A stretch of 64,000 nucleotides of DNA, from contig CAVPQB010000001.1 of the NCBI GenBank assembly GCA_963707505.1, positions 1 to 64,000 of the forward strand. Direction: 5' to 3'. Positions 10,294 through 20,253 of the stretch are shown piece by piece (within the stretch, counting starts at the first letter, position 1; each line of letters opens with the position of its first letter). Position numbers and translations under genes: made by a program. The notes beneath the pieces are model-generated. The model had not been told where the DNA came from. It was given only the letters and a program-made list of their open reading frames with translations, and did no database searches. This DNA is from an uncultured Gemmatimonadales bacterium. Lineage in GTDB: Bacteria; Gemmatimonadota; Gemmatimonadetes; Gemmatimonadales; Gemmatimonadaceae.

Positions 10294-11577
10294 TCACGTA
10301 CCAGCTGCGCCCGATGGAGCGACCGTCAGCTCTTGCATACCGCTGCCGTCTCCATCGAGGACCAGTGCGGCTCCCCGCACGCGGCTCACGACCGCGACGA
10401 AGACGGCAAGAGCAACCACTCCAACCAGCGCTTCGGTAAACAGCATTCCGTTCGCTCCCCAAGCATCATGGCTCCAGCCATCCACGCGCAGCATGCCGAA
10501 GCTGAACAGCGTGTTGAGCGCAAAGAACAGATTGATCTTGGTCGCTGCCGCCGTGTTTCCGACAATCGCGAGCACCATTCCCGTAAATGATGCAGCTACC
10601 ATCCCGAGCGTGAATGTGTAGAAGAGAGTCGATATCGCGTAGCCGGCGGCAGTGCGTGGTGAGAGCGCCATCACCACACATGCGGCGAGCCCGAGGCCGC
10701 ATGACAGAGCGTATGCCGTGGGCTTGCGTATGTGATCGGCCAGCCGTCCCCCTGCAATGCATCCGGCGACGATGGCCAATCCACCGCCGAATCCAAGTAC
10801 GGCGGAAACGGTATCCGCTGGTGCGTGCCACTCCGCGCCGAGTGAGCCGAACAGGAACTCCGCCGCACCGGTGCCGATAGGAAGTATCGCAAGCAGAAGC
10901 ACGATGCGGCCGGCACGAGAGTGAATCAGCAAGTTCAGATTGCGCAGCGCGTCAGTCGCACGCGTCGCGACCGACGCGTTCGCAAGCTGTCGTTGCGGCT
11001 CCTGCAATAGTGGCAACACGGCCGCGCATGCGCAGACGATCGAAGCGAGTATCAACCCTGCCATCCACGGCGAAGGAACGTGGATCATGAGCCACAATCC
11101 CACGCCACCGCCGGCAGTCTGCCCGAACTGGTTACCCGACTGGAACCAACCTGCCGCGCGGCCACGCAGCGCGTCGGGAGTGTTGTGCACCATCAGTCCT
11201 TCTGTTGCGAAAGCGAGGAACGTTCCGGCGACGCTCGTAAGTAGCACCAGCAGTGACAGGAGCGGAACGGCGTGAACGGAGATCGGAACGGTCGTTAGCG
11301 CAACCAGGCCTGCGGATAGCGTCGCGACGGACAGCAAATACCAACGCTTGCGTGACAGCGTGTAGTCACCGAGGGGTGCCCAGAGAAACTTCCATCCCGC
11401 GGCCAGGAACGACATGCCGACGATGCCAGCGATGGCCGACAGCGGGACTCCCGCGCGCCTGCCGAGGAAGCCAAGCGCGATTGCCGGAAAACCGAAGGTG
11501 AGACCGTAGGGGAAATACAACACGGCCCAGACCCACGGGTGCCGAACGCCGGGAGCGGCGGCCGCGGAGTCGGTCAT
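10294..11577 (-). CDS. MFS transporter, AmpG/RhtX-like
   Basis: About 12 TM segments; WKFLWAPLGD...RKRW; GGRLADHI. Confidence 0.88.
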   Translation of the reverse strand: MTDSAAAAPGVRHPWVWAVLYFPYGLTFGFPAIALGFLGRRAGVPLSAIAGIVGMSFLAAGWKFLWAPLGDYTLSRKRWYLLSVATLSAGLVALTTVPISVHAVPLLSLLVLLTSVAGTFLAFATEGLMVHNTPDALRGRAAGWFQSGNQFGQTAGGGVGLWLMIHVPSPWMAGLILASIVCACAAVLPLLQEPQRQLANASVATRATDALRNLNLLIHSRAGRIVLLLAILPIGTGAAEFLFGSLGAEWHAPADTVSAVLGFGGGLAIVAGCIAGGRLADHIRKPTAYALSCGLGLAACVVMALSPRTAAGYAISTLFYTFTLGMVAASFTGMVLAIVGNTAAATKINLFFALNTLFSFGMLRVDGWSHDAWGANGMLFTEALVGVVALAVFVAVVSRVRGAALVLDGDGSGMQELTVAPSGAAGT

Positions 11578-11714
11578 GCGCGAGAAGATAGCGTCGACGC
11601 CCGGTTGCGCAATCGGCGTTCGGAATCAGCGCTACGTGTGGAGTCTGGCTCATGCTCTGACTGTCAGGCGCACGCGACGGGTCGTCAGCCCGCGACGTAT
11701 ACTATGATGCTCGA

Positions 11715-12800
11715 ATGCGACAACCAGACATCACAAGACAGCGTCTGATCAACCAGGGACTCGTCAAGCCTGCGTTGAAAACTGCAAGCGCGGTCGTAGC
11801 CAGACTCGGCGCCGTTCAGGCACAGGACTACGCTGCATCCAAGTGGGGAATTGCTCAGCGTACTGCTCGTCTCACCGACGCGCAGATCGAGCGAGAGATC
11901 GACGACGGAAGCATGGTTCGCACTCACATTTTGCGTCCGACGTGGCACTTCGTCGCAGCCGCGGACATTCACTGGATGCTGGCTCTCTCTGCACCTCGGG
12001 TCCATGCAGCAAACGCGTACTGGTATCGCTGGCTCGAGGTGGATGATGCTCTTGCTCGGCGCGGCCGAACCGTGTTGACGAAGGCATTGAGCGATGGGAA
12101 GCAGCTCACGCGCGCCGAGCTGGGACAGGCGTTGACGAAAGCGAAAATTCAGGTCACGAATTCGATGCGGCTCGCGTGTATCGTGATGCGCGCGGAGCTC
12201 GACGGAGCGATCTGCAGCGGCGCGCGACGAGGAAAGCAATTTACGTACGCGCTGCTGGAAGAGCGTGTGGCGAAACCGGCGGTGCTCGAGCGCGACGCCG
12301 CGTTGTTCGAGCTGGCTCGGCGGTACTTCACGACTCGAGGCCCCGCGACGGTCGAAGATTTCGCATGGTGGTCAGGCCTCACCAGGGCCGACGCAAAGCG
12401 AGCCATCGACGCGGCTGCAACGCATCTGCAACACGCGTCAATAGAGGGCCGATCCTACTGGGCTCCGGTCGCACAACGCGCGGCGCGCATCTCTTCTCCC
12501 GACGTACATCTGCTGCCGAACTTCGACGAATTCTTCGTCGGCCTCAAAGATCGCCGCGCGTTCGGGACGAGGCTTGAATCCTCTGGAGTGAAGGCAAGAA
12601 CGAGCGCACTTTCGGGACACGCGCTCGTTGTCAACGGACAGATCGTCGGAGGATGGAAGCGAATACTCGCTACGCGAACTGTGACTGTCGAGCCGAAGCC
12701 GTTGATCCGACTGAACGACGCGGAGCGACGAGCGGTTGGCGTGGCGGCTCAAAAACTCGGTCAGTTTCTCGAATCCCCGGTGGAGATGCGATGGTCCTGA
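11715..12800 (+). CDS. AlkZ-like (HTH_42) winged-helix DNA glycosylase family protein
   Basis: AVQAQD, RTHILRPTWHFV, GPATVEDFAWWSGL, HLLPNFDEF, GQIVGGW; TATACT at 11698-11703 just upstream. Confidence 0.88.
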   Translation: MRQPDITRQRLINQGLVKPALKTASAVVARLGAVQAQDYAASKWGIAQRTARLTDAQIEREIDDGSMVRTHILRPTWHFVAAADIHWMLALSAPRVHAANAYWYRWLEVDDALARRGRTVLTKALSDGKQLTRAELGQALTKAKIQVTNSMRLACIVMRAELDGAICSGARRGKQFTYALLEERVAKPAVLERDAALFELARRYFTTRGPATVEDFAWWSGLTRADAKRAIDAAATHLQHASIEGRSYWAPVAQRAARISSPDVHLLPNFDEFFVGLKDRRAFGTRLESSGVKARTSALSGHALVVNGQIVGGWKRILATRTVTVEPKPLIRLNDAERRAVGVAAQKLGQFLESPVEMRWS

Positions 12801-14854
12801 CTTGCCTTCCCGCCGGTCCATTCCTTCAACCAGCCGATAACGGTATCGTGCCACAGCACACTGTTATGAGGCTTCTGCACCCAGTGACTTTCGTCAGGAA
12901 AGTACAGCAGCTTGCTCGGAATTCCGCGCCGCTGTAGCGCTGTGAACGCGCCAATGCCCTGACTGTCGGGAATCCGGAAGTCGTGGCCGCTGTGCACTAT
13001 CAGCATCGGCACGCGCCACTGCGCTACATGATTCAGCGGATTGAACTTCTCGTAGTTCTCGGGGTGCGCGTACTGCGTACCGCCGTTCTCGTGATCTTCG
13101 AACCACAGCTCATCGGTCGCGTACGCCATCATGCGCGTGTCGAACACGCCGTCGTGGTCCACCATGCACTTCCACGGCTGGTTCCACACGCCGGCCATCC
13201 AGTACACCATGTAGCCGCCGTAGCTCGCGCCGAGCGCGCACGCCTCGTTGCCATCGAGGAACGAATATCGCGCGAGCGCCGCTGCCCAACCTTTCTTCAG
13301 ATCGCCTAGTGGTGCGCCGCCCCAGTCGCCGGACACCGCGTTGGTGAATGCCTGACCGTAGCCGGTCGATCCGCGTGGATTGATCGCGACGACAGCGAAA
13401 CCCGCGCCCGCGTACGCTTCGGGATTCCAGCGATAATGGAAGTCCTCGTTCCACGCGCTCTGCGGGCCGCCGTGGATCATGAACGCTACGGGATATTTTT
13501 TGCCAGCCTGATAGTCCACCGGCTTCATCACATATCCCTGCACCGGCTCGCCCTTGTCACCCTTGAAGCTGAAGAACTCGGCGTCACCAAACCGAATGTC
13601 GCGCAACCGATCGGCGTTGAAGTGCGTCACCTGCGCCAGGCCGGCGCCGAGTGCGTCGAGCGTGTACAGATCCGTGGGATGCTTGAAGTCCTGACGCGCT
13701 GCGACGATGCGATTGCCAGCGACTGCGAAGCCTGTCACGGTTCCATCGCTGAGCAGCTTGCGCGGTGCGCCGCTCGCGATGTCGATGGCGTAGAGAGCGT
13801 GCATGCCTTCGTCGTCGACTGTCGTGTAAAGAGTTCTGCCGTCGTCCGACAGTGTCAGTCCGCCGGGCGAGCGGTCCCATTTGGGATCGATCTCGCGCTT
13901 CGCGCCGCTCGCGAGATCCATCGCCATGATTCCGAAACGGTCTGCCTCGAAACCGGGTGTCTTCATCGCCAGATAGTACAGAGTTCTGCCGTCTTTCGAC
14001 GGCACCGGCGTTGCGTCCCAGGCGAGATTGGCGGCGGTGAGATTCTTCGGCGCGGATGAGCGATCGGCCGGCACGGAGTAGATGTCGAAATTCGTCGACC
14101 ACGGTTCGGTGTTGCCGGCAATGCGCACGTCGAAGTACACCGTCTTTCCATCGGGCGAGAAGCTGTACTCGCTCTCGTCACCGAATGGCCTGGACGGTAC
14201 ATCGCCGTCGATGCCGCGCGTGAGATGCAACGGTTCGCTGGTAGCGCCGAGCGGCATGATGAAGAGCTGCGACCGGCGCCCGTCCGACCATGCATCCCAG
14301 TGACGAATGAAGAGACGATCGTACACTCGGCCCGTCGTCTTATCGTTCTTGACGGCTTCTAGGCGAGCCGCGGTGCACGCCAGCGTTTCGCAATCGGCGA
14401 ATACCTGTGCGGAAAACAGCACCTCTCTACCGTCCGGCGATATCCGGTAGTTGTCGATGTCGACGGGAAGATGCGTGATCTGTTTCGCTTCGCCGCCTGC
14501 CGCGGACATCTGCCATAACTGACTGACGCCGGATTCCGCGGCGAGAAAGTAGATCGTCTTTCCGTCGGGAGAGAACCGTGCGTTGTTCGCGTTCTGCGCC
14601 GGTTCGGTGAGACGGCGCGGCACCGATCCCGATTTGTTCAGCTCCAGCAGCCACACGCTGGTGACGCCCTTATTTGCCTCGTAATCTGTGGTACGCACCG
14701 TGAACGCCACTCGGCTTCCGTCGGTAGAAATTTGCGGATCGGAAACCCGGTCCATCATCACCAGGTCATGCACATTGAACGGATGCGAGGAAGTCTGGGC
14801 CATTCCGGGGGCGGCGGTGAGCGCGAGCAACGATACAGTGACGAGGCTTTTCAT
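12761..14854 (-). CDS. S9 family peptidase (DPP5/acylaminoacyl peptidase-like)
   Basis: Signal peptide, PD40 propeller repeats, IHGGPQ, GASYGGY, DFRI, FPDESH catalytic triad; 40-bp 3' overlap with the AlkZ-like gene. Confidence 0.95.
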   Translation of the reverse strand: MKSLVTVSLLALTAAPGMAQTSSHPFNVHDLVMMDRVSDPQISTDGSRVAFTVRTTDYEANKGVTSVWLLELNKSGSVPRRLTEPAQNANNARFSPDGKTIYFLAAESGVSQLWQMSAAGGEAKQITHLPVDIDNYRISPDGREVLFSAQVFADCETLACTAARLEAVKNDKTTGRVYDRLFIRHWDAWSDGRRSQLFIMPLGATSEPLHLTRGIDGDVPSRPFGDESEYSFSPDGKTVYFDVRIAGNTEPWSTNFDIYSVPADRSSAPKNLTAANLAWDATPVPSKDGRTLYYLAMKTPGFEADRFGIMAMDLASGAKREIDPKWDRSPGGLTLSDDGRTLYTTVDDEGMHALYAIDIASGAPRKLLSDGTVTGFAVAGNRIVAARQDFKHPTDLYTLDALGAGLAQVTHFNADRLRDIRFGDAEFFSFKGDKGEPVQGYVMKPVDYQAGKKYPVAFMIHGGPQSAWNEDFHYRWNPEAYAGAGFAVVAINPRGSTGYGQAFTNAVSGDWGGAPLGDLKKGWAAALARYSFLDGNEACALGASYGGYMVYWMAGVWNQPWKCMVDHDGVFDTRMMAYATDELWFEDHENGGTQYAHPENYEKFNPLNHVAQWRVPMLIVHSGHDFRIPDSQGIGAFTALQRRGIPSKLLYFPDESHWVQKPHNSVLWHDTVIGWLKEWTGGKASQDHRISTGDSRN

Positions 14855-14887
14855 TCGGGCGTCCTGTTTCTGCGGTTGAGATAAACG

Positions 14888-15193
14888 CTACAGCAACGAG
14901 CGTCTCGACGCCAGAATGCGGGGGATTTTCGGACCAACCCTGCCGATCCGCTTGAGCCACGCCGATGCATGGAACGCGCTCATCAGCAAGTACATCGTGA
15001 CCATGCCACTCACAGGCGATGCGTGTATGGTCATGCCGAGCATTTCCGCTGAGCCACCGCCCATAACAGCGGTCAGTAGCGCCATTATGGCGAATGTCGG
15101 CGACGCCGCGAGAGCCAGCGCGTCGGCAACCCCGAGCGCGGCGTTCCGGCGGGTCCCGCCTCGATCGGACCCGCCGGAACAACCCTCGTTCAT
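14888..15193 (-). CDS. small membrane protein coupled to DUF899
   Basis: LALAASPTFAIMALLT...GMVTMYLLMSAFH; ATGA overlap with the DUF899 gene. Confidence 0.75.
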   Translation of the reverse strand: MNEGCSGGSDRGGTRRNAALGVADALALAASPTFAIMALLTAVMGGGSAEMLGMTIHASPVSGMVTMYLLMSAFHASAWLKRIGRVGPKIPRILASRRSLL

Positions 15194-15966
15194 CGCTTCT
15201 CGCTCGCGCTCCGCCTGCGGAACGCTTCCTCACCCGCGGTCGATATCTGAACCCACTTTTCGTCGGGCGCTGCCTCTGGGACGTAGCTGTCGTTCCAGTT
15301 CCACCACTTGTACGTCGTGGTCTGGGGATAGCCTTCGGGCGAATCCTCCCACAGCTCCTGCCTGCCGAGCGGCGTGATGTCGAGGTAGTTCCAGGTACCA
15401 CCGAGCTGCTCGTCGCCGCGGTTGTTGAGGAAGTAGGTACGGAATACACGGTCGCCGTCGCGGTAGAAGACGTTCGTGCCGTGCCATTCGTCCACGCCGA
15501 AGTCGAGGTCGAAGCTGTCTGTGATGGTGACCCACGGTATGTTGTTCCAGCCCATCCGCTCCTTGAGCCGCGCGATGTCCGGCTGCGGCGCACGCGAGGC
15601 GAAGACGAGGGTGGTGTCGCGGGCATTGAGATGTGCGACGTGGGCGACCTGGTCAGCGCCGAGTGAGCAGCCGCGGCAGGCGTGGTCCGGCCAACCGAAA
15701 ACACCGGGCTCGAAGAATGCGCGGTAGACGATCAACTGACGCCGGCCGCCGAACAGGTCGAGCAGGCTTACCTTGCCTGCAGGCCCATCGAACCAATACG
15801 CTTTGTCCACGGCCATCCACGGCATCTTCCGACGCTCGGCGGCCAGTGCGTCACGGGCGCGGGTATTGGCCTTTTCCTTCACGAGCAGCTCCTTGCGGGC
15901 CGTCTCCCACTCCTGCGATGATACGACTGGTGGTGTGTGCATGACTGGCTGCGTTGGTGTAGACAT
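15190..15966 (-). CDS. DUF899 thioredoxin-like protein
   Basis: LLVKEKANTRARDALAAERR, SLLDLFGGRRQLIVY, CRGC (CxxC), LDITPLGRQE. Confidence 0.92.
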   Translation of the reverse strand: MSTPTQPVMHTPPVVSSQEWETARKELLVKEKANTRARDALAAERRKMPWMAVDKAYWFDGPAGKVSLLDLFGGRRQLIVYRAFFEPGVFGWPDHACRGCSLGADQVAHVAHLNARDTTLVFASRAPQPDIARLKERMGWNNIPWVTITDSFDLDFGVDEWHGTNVFYRDGDRVFRTYFLNNRGDEQLGGTWNYLDITPLGRQELWEDSPEGYPQTTTYKWWNWNDSYVPEAAPDEKWVQISTAGEEAFRRRSASEKR

Positions 15967-16120
15967 GGCTTTGAATTCTCCTGATTTGATCGAGGTCGAG
16001 TTTCCGCATTGCGAGAGTGAAGCGCGATTTCATTCGCTGCTCATGGCTCGTTGTCGGTCGTGAGATAAGTCTGGCACCAGGCATCGAAACGGTGGGAGTT
16101 ACAAGTGTGACGGGATTACG

Positions 16121-17342
16121 ATGGACTCGCTGATCACTGCCGCGGCCCGCGCACTCGCCGCGGGTGATCCACTCGGCGCACTGAATCGCGTCGCATTGCG
16201 AGATGACGCACCCGCGCTCGCGCTTCGAGGCATCGCGATGGCGCAGCTCGGCGATCTCGCTCGCGCGAAGGAGCTCCTGCGTAGCGCTGCCCGCGCATTC
16301 GGCCAGAAGGAGGCCGTAGCGCGCGCACGGTGTATCGTTGCGGAGGCGGAAGTCGCGCTCGCGTCGCGAGACCTGAGCTGGCCCGCGAAAGCGCTCGACG
16401 CAGCGCGCGCGACGCTCGAAGCACACGGCGACCGCATGAACGCCGCGCATGCGCGTTACCTCGAGATCCGACGCCTGCTTCTGATAGGTCGCGTGGACGA
16501 GGCGGAGCACATGCTCGACGCGCTCGATCTCGCATCGTTTCCGCCCGCGTTGCAGACTGTGCACGAACTGCTCATTGCGGGAGTTGCGGTGCGACGCGTT
16601 CGCGGAAAGGTGGCCCGCGCCGCGCTGACGCGCGCTGAGCGTGTTGCACAGCACGCACGCATTCCTGCACTGACGGCAGAGGTGGAAAGCGCGTGGCTCG
16701 CGCTCAATACACCGGCTGCGCGCCTGATTGCGAGTGGTGAAGAACGGTTCCTGCTACTCGAGGATGTCGAGGGGTTGCTGGCGTCGGACGCTCTCGTTAT
16801 CGACGCGTGTCGTGGTGTAATTCGCGATACGCGAGACCGTGGTTTCGCTCGCATCACGCCCGGTGCTGTTCGAGCTCGCACGCGCGATGGGTGAAGCGTG
16901 GCCCGGGGACGTGGCGAGAGACGTGCTTCTTGCGCGCGCATTTGGAGCGAAGTTCATCGATGCATCGCATCGCGCGCGGTTGCGCGTCGAGGTCGCGCGT
17001 CTTCGTAACGTTCTCCGGGCGGTGGCGGACGTGCGCGCGACGAAGCGGGGATTCGTCATGACGCCGCGTCAGGCAAAGGAGATCGTCGTGCTGGCACGGC
17101 CTGTCGAAGAGGAGCATGGCGCGGTGCTCGCCTTCCTCAGCGACGGCGAGGCCTGGTCGAGCTCGGCACTTGCGCTCGCACTCGGCGCGAGCCAGCGTAC
17201 CGTGCAGCGCGCGATCGACTCACTCGCTACGGTGGGCAAGGTGCAGGCGTTCGGCCGCGGGCGTGCACGCCGCTGGATCACGACGCCGGTACCCGGCTTC
17301 ACGACAACATTGTTACTCCCCGCTCCGCTACCGATGGACTAG
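16121..17342 (+). pseudogene. helical-repeat/HTH DNA-binding protein, frameshifted near 16830
   Basis: ORF 16121-16894 (MDSLITAAARALAAGDPLGAL) joins ORF 16839-17342 (VSLASRPVLFELA...WSSSALALALGASQRTVQRA HTH) if one base is removed; may be an assembly error. Confidence 0.8.
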
Positions 17343-17351
17343 ACTGGACAC

Positions 17352-18014
17352 ATGCGCAAATCAATTGTCGAGAAGGCCGAGATCGTTCGAGAGTACGGAC
17401 CGTTTGAAGGGTCACCCAACGTGGGTGGCGTGTCGTACGACGGTCATCACGTGTGGTTTGCGGCAGGAGACGATCTGCGCGCATTCGATCCAGTGAGCGG
17501 AGAGGTAGTGCGCGCGATCGATGTCGCGGCGCACGCGGGAACTGCATTCGACGGCGAGCATCTGTTTCAGCTCGCCGAGGATCGCATTCAGAAGATCGAT
17601 CCCAAGACCGGTCGCGTGCTCACGACGATCCCTGCGCCCGGCAGCAGCGCCTCAGGACTTACATGGGCCGAAGGGACGCTCTGGGTGGGGGCATACCGCG
17701 ACCGGAGCATCCACCAGATCGATCCTGAAACCGGAGCGATCCTGCGCACGATCACGTCGAACCGCTTTGTCACCGGCGTCACATGGGTCGATGGAGAGTT
17801 CTGGCACGCCACCTGGGAAGGCGATGAGGCCGATATTCGGCGTATCGATCCTCAGTCGGGAGAAGTGCTGGAACGCCTCGAGATGCCGACGGGAGTGGGC
17901 GTGTCGGGGCTGGAATCCGATGGTGGTGACCAGTTCTTCTGCGGCGGTGGAAAGAGCGGTACAGTGAGAGCGATCCGGAGGCCGCGGCGGGCGCGGTCTG
18001 GCGACCAGGGTTAG
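17352..18014 (+). CDS. beta-propeller protein (glutamine cyclotransferase/Vgb-like)
   Basis: Repeated IDPxTG and GLTW/GVTW blades. Confidence 0.8.
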   Translation: MRKSIVEKAEIVREYGPFEGSPNVGGVSYDGHHVWFAAGDDLRAFDPVSGEVVRAIDVAAHAGTAFDGEHLFQLAEDRIQKIDPKTGRVLTTIPAPGSSASGLTWAEGTLWVGAYRDRSIHQIDPETGAILRTITSNRFVTGVTWVDGEFWHATWEGDEADIRRIDPQSGEVLERLEMPTGVGVSGLESDGGDQFFCGGGKSGTVRAIRRPRRARSGDQG

Positions 18015-18076
18015 CTGCATCCCCAACGCATGCAGCAAACCTGACGCTTGCGTCCGCTAAACCCGCCTAAACCTTT

Positions 18077-18854
18077 CTACGCCGGCACGATCGCCAGTAC
18101 CCGCAACGGACTTCCGCTACCGTTCACAATCTTGAGCGGCGCTGCGATCACCACCGCGCCCGTCGCCGGCAGCTGATCCAGATTACACAGACTAGCCAGA
18201 CCGAATTTGCCGTTCCCATGCATAGTCGTGTGATTGGGGAATGGCGGATCGAACGTCCCCGCCTGTCCCGCGTCGGTTCCGACCGTCTCCACGCCAACGC
18301 CGAGTACGTCGCGGTCTTTCGCGAGTAGTTCCGACGTGGTCTTGTGAAATCCCGGGCTGTGCGCGCCATCTTCCTTCACGTTGAGAAACTTCAGCGGATC
18401 GGTGCGCGTGCTCCAGCCGGTGCGGAGTAGCACCCATGCGCCGCGCGGAATCCTGCCGTGCTGTTTCTCCCATGCCTCTACATGCTCAGGCATCAACAAA
18501 AAATCTTCGTTCTTCGCGACGTCGGCAGTCACGTCGATCACGCACGCGGGGCCGACGAAGCGACGCGGCGGAATCGTGTCACACCGATTGTCTGGAAAAT
18601 CCTTGCCGGTGACCCAGTGCACAGGCGCGTCGAAATGCGTGCCGGTGTGTTCACCCATGTGGATGGTGTTCCAGTACCACGCCGGGTCCCTTGTCGTCGT
18701 AGTGCGATATCACATCCATCGACACACCGGGCGACGACGCGAAGATGGGCGGCAGTCCGATCACCGGTGTGTCCGGGCCGAGTGGCTGTGAGAGGTCCAC
18801 GACTTTGAGCGCGCCAGAGTCGAGAGCGGCGACGAAATCGGCGAGTAATGGCAT
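18077..18854 (-). pseudogene. cyclase family protein (kynurenine formamidase/isatin hydrolase-like), frameshifted near 18680
   Basis: VVDLSQPL N-terminus; removing one base restores GP-x-WYWNTIHMGEHTGTHFDAP (HxGTHxDxP); GSGSPLRVLA C-terminus. Confidence 0.85.
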
Positions 18855-18915
18855 CGAGCAATCTCTACTATAGGAAAGGGTTCTCTATCGACAAAACTGC
18901 GATACGCGACGCGTG

Positions 18916-20253
18916 TCAGATACCGCTAAAGGTGTGAAATATCTGCGTCAGCAACCAGTACACGCCCACGCCGAGTATGATCACCGGAATGCCGAAGCGG
19001 ATCCAGTTGAAGACCCACATCGGCACGGGCTTCTCGCCAGCGCCGAACAGCTCCTTGAGCGCCGCGGTACGGTTGAGGCACCAGGCGACGGTGACGACCG
19101 CGAGCAGCGATCCGAGCGTCTGCATCCCCGACCCAAAGGTAAGGTCCCACGGAACGAAAACCGCGTTGTTGATGCTCGGCGGTATGGCCAGGATGAAACA
19201 GGCAACCGACATCACCCAAACGGAACGCGTGCGCGTGAGTCGCGTGTTGTCGGTGAGTCCGGCAACGAGCACTTCCACCGCACCGATGTCCGACAGGTAA
19301 CCGGCACCGAACAGGCTGATGAAGAAGAGCGCGCCGAACAGCCAACCCGCGGGCATCGCCGCGAACACTCTCGGCAACGTATCGAAGATGAGTCCCGGCC
19401 CCGATGCCGGCTGCAGACCGAACGAGAACACCGCCGGAATCACGGCGAGTCCTGCGATGAGCGACGAGCCGGTATCTCCAATCACTGTCCAGATCGCAGG
19501 GCGTGCCAGCGGCTCGTCGGCGTGTAGATACGATCCGTACACCACCATGAAGGTGCCGCCGAGCGACAGCGCGAAGATTGCGTGTCCGATCGCCGCCGCC
19601 ATGACGTTGGCTGTGAGATCCGAAAATCGGAATTCGAGCAGATACCAGCGCACGCCGGCCATCGCGCCCGGCAGCGTCAGTGTGCGGATCATCACGAGAA
19701 TCGTCACGATCGTCATCGCCGGCAGTACGATGATGCTCACCACCTCTATGCCCTTGCGCACACCCTTGAGCACGACGAGCGCGCAGGCGAGAATCACAAT
19801 GCCGGTGCACACAAGCTGCAGCAGGAACGACTTCAACACGAAGCCGTGGTCGGGCGGCAGGATGGCCGCCGCGTCGAACGGAATGTGCATCACCGCTGCG
19901 ATCTGCCCAATCGTGTAGTAGAGCACCCAGCCGATCACCGCCGAGTAGTAACCGGTGGCCGCGGTGACGACGAAGAACAGGAACCAGCCGACGTACTTGC
20001 CGTACGGCAGTCCGCCGCGCTGAAATGCGCCCACCGGCCCGCGTCGCGTATGGCGGCCGAGTGCGAACTCCGCCATCAATGCCGGCACACCGATCACGAC
20101 CGACACGAGTGTATAGAAGAGCACGAACGCGGCGCCACCGAATTTTCCAACCATGTATGGAAAACGCCAGACGTGGCCCAGTCCAATGGACACACCGACG
20201 ATCGTCATCAACCCGCCGAAGCGGGACGAGAAAGTCTCGCGCGTTTCGCTCAC
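18916..20253 (-). CDS. sodium-dependent transporter, NSS/SNF family
   Basis: IGLGHVWRFPY...GGAAF...EFALGR, FALSLG, YGSY, GPGLIF. Confidence 0.93.
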   Translation of the reverse strand: MSETRETFSSRFGGLMTIVGVSIGLGHVWRFPYMVGKFGGAAFVLFYTLVSVVIGVPALMAEFALGRHTRRGPVGAFQRGGLPYGKYVGWFLFFVVTAATGYYSAVIGWVLYYTIGQIAAVMHIPFDAAAILPPDHGFVLKSFLLQLVCTGIVILACALVVLKGVRKGIEVVSIIVLPAMTIVTILVMIRTLTLPGAMAGVRWYLLEFRFSDLTANVMAAAIGHAIFALSLGGTFMVVYGSYLHADEPLARPAIWTVIGDTGSSLIAGLAVIPAVFSFGLQPASGPGLIFDTLPRVFAAMPAGWLFGALFFISLFGAGYLSDIGAVEVLVAGLTDNTRLTRTRSVWVMSVACFILAIPPSINNAVFVPWDLTFGSGMQTLGSLLAVVTVAWCLNRTAALKELFGAGEKPVPMWVFNWIRFGIPVIILGVGVYWLLTQIFHTFSGI

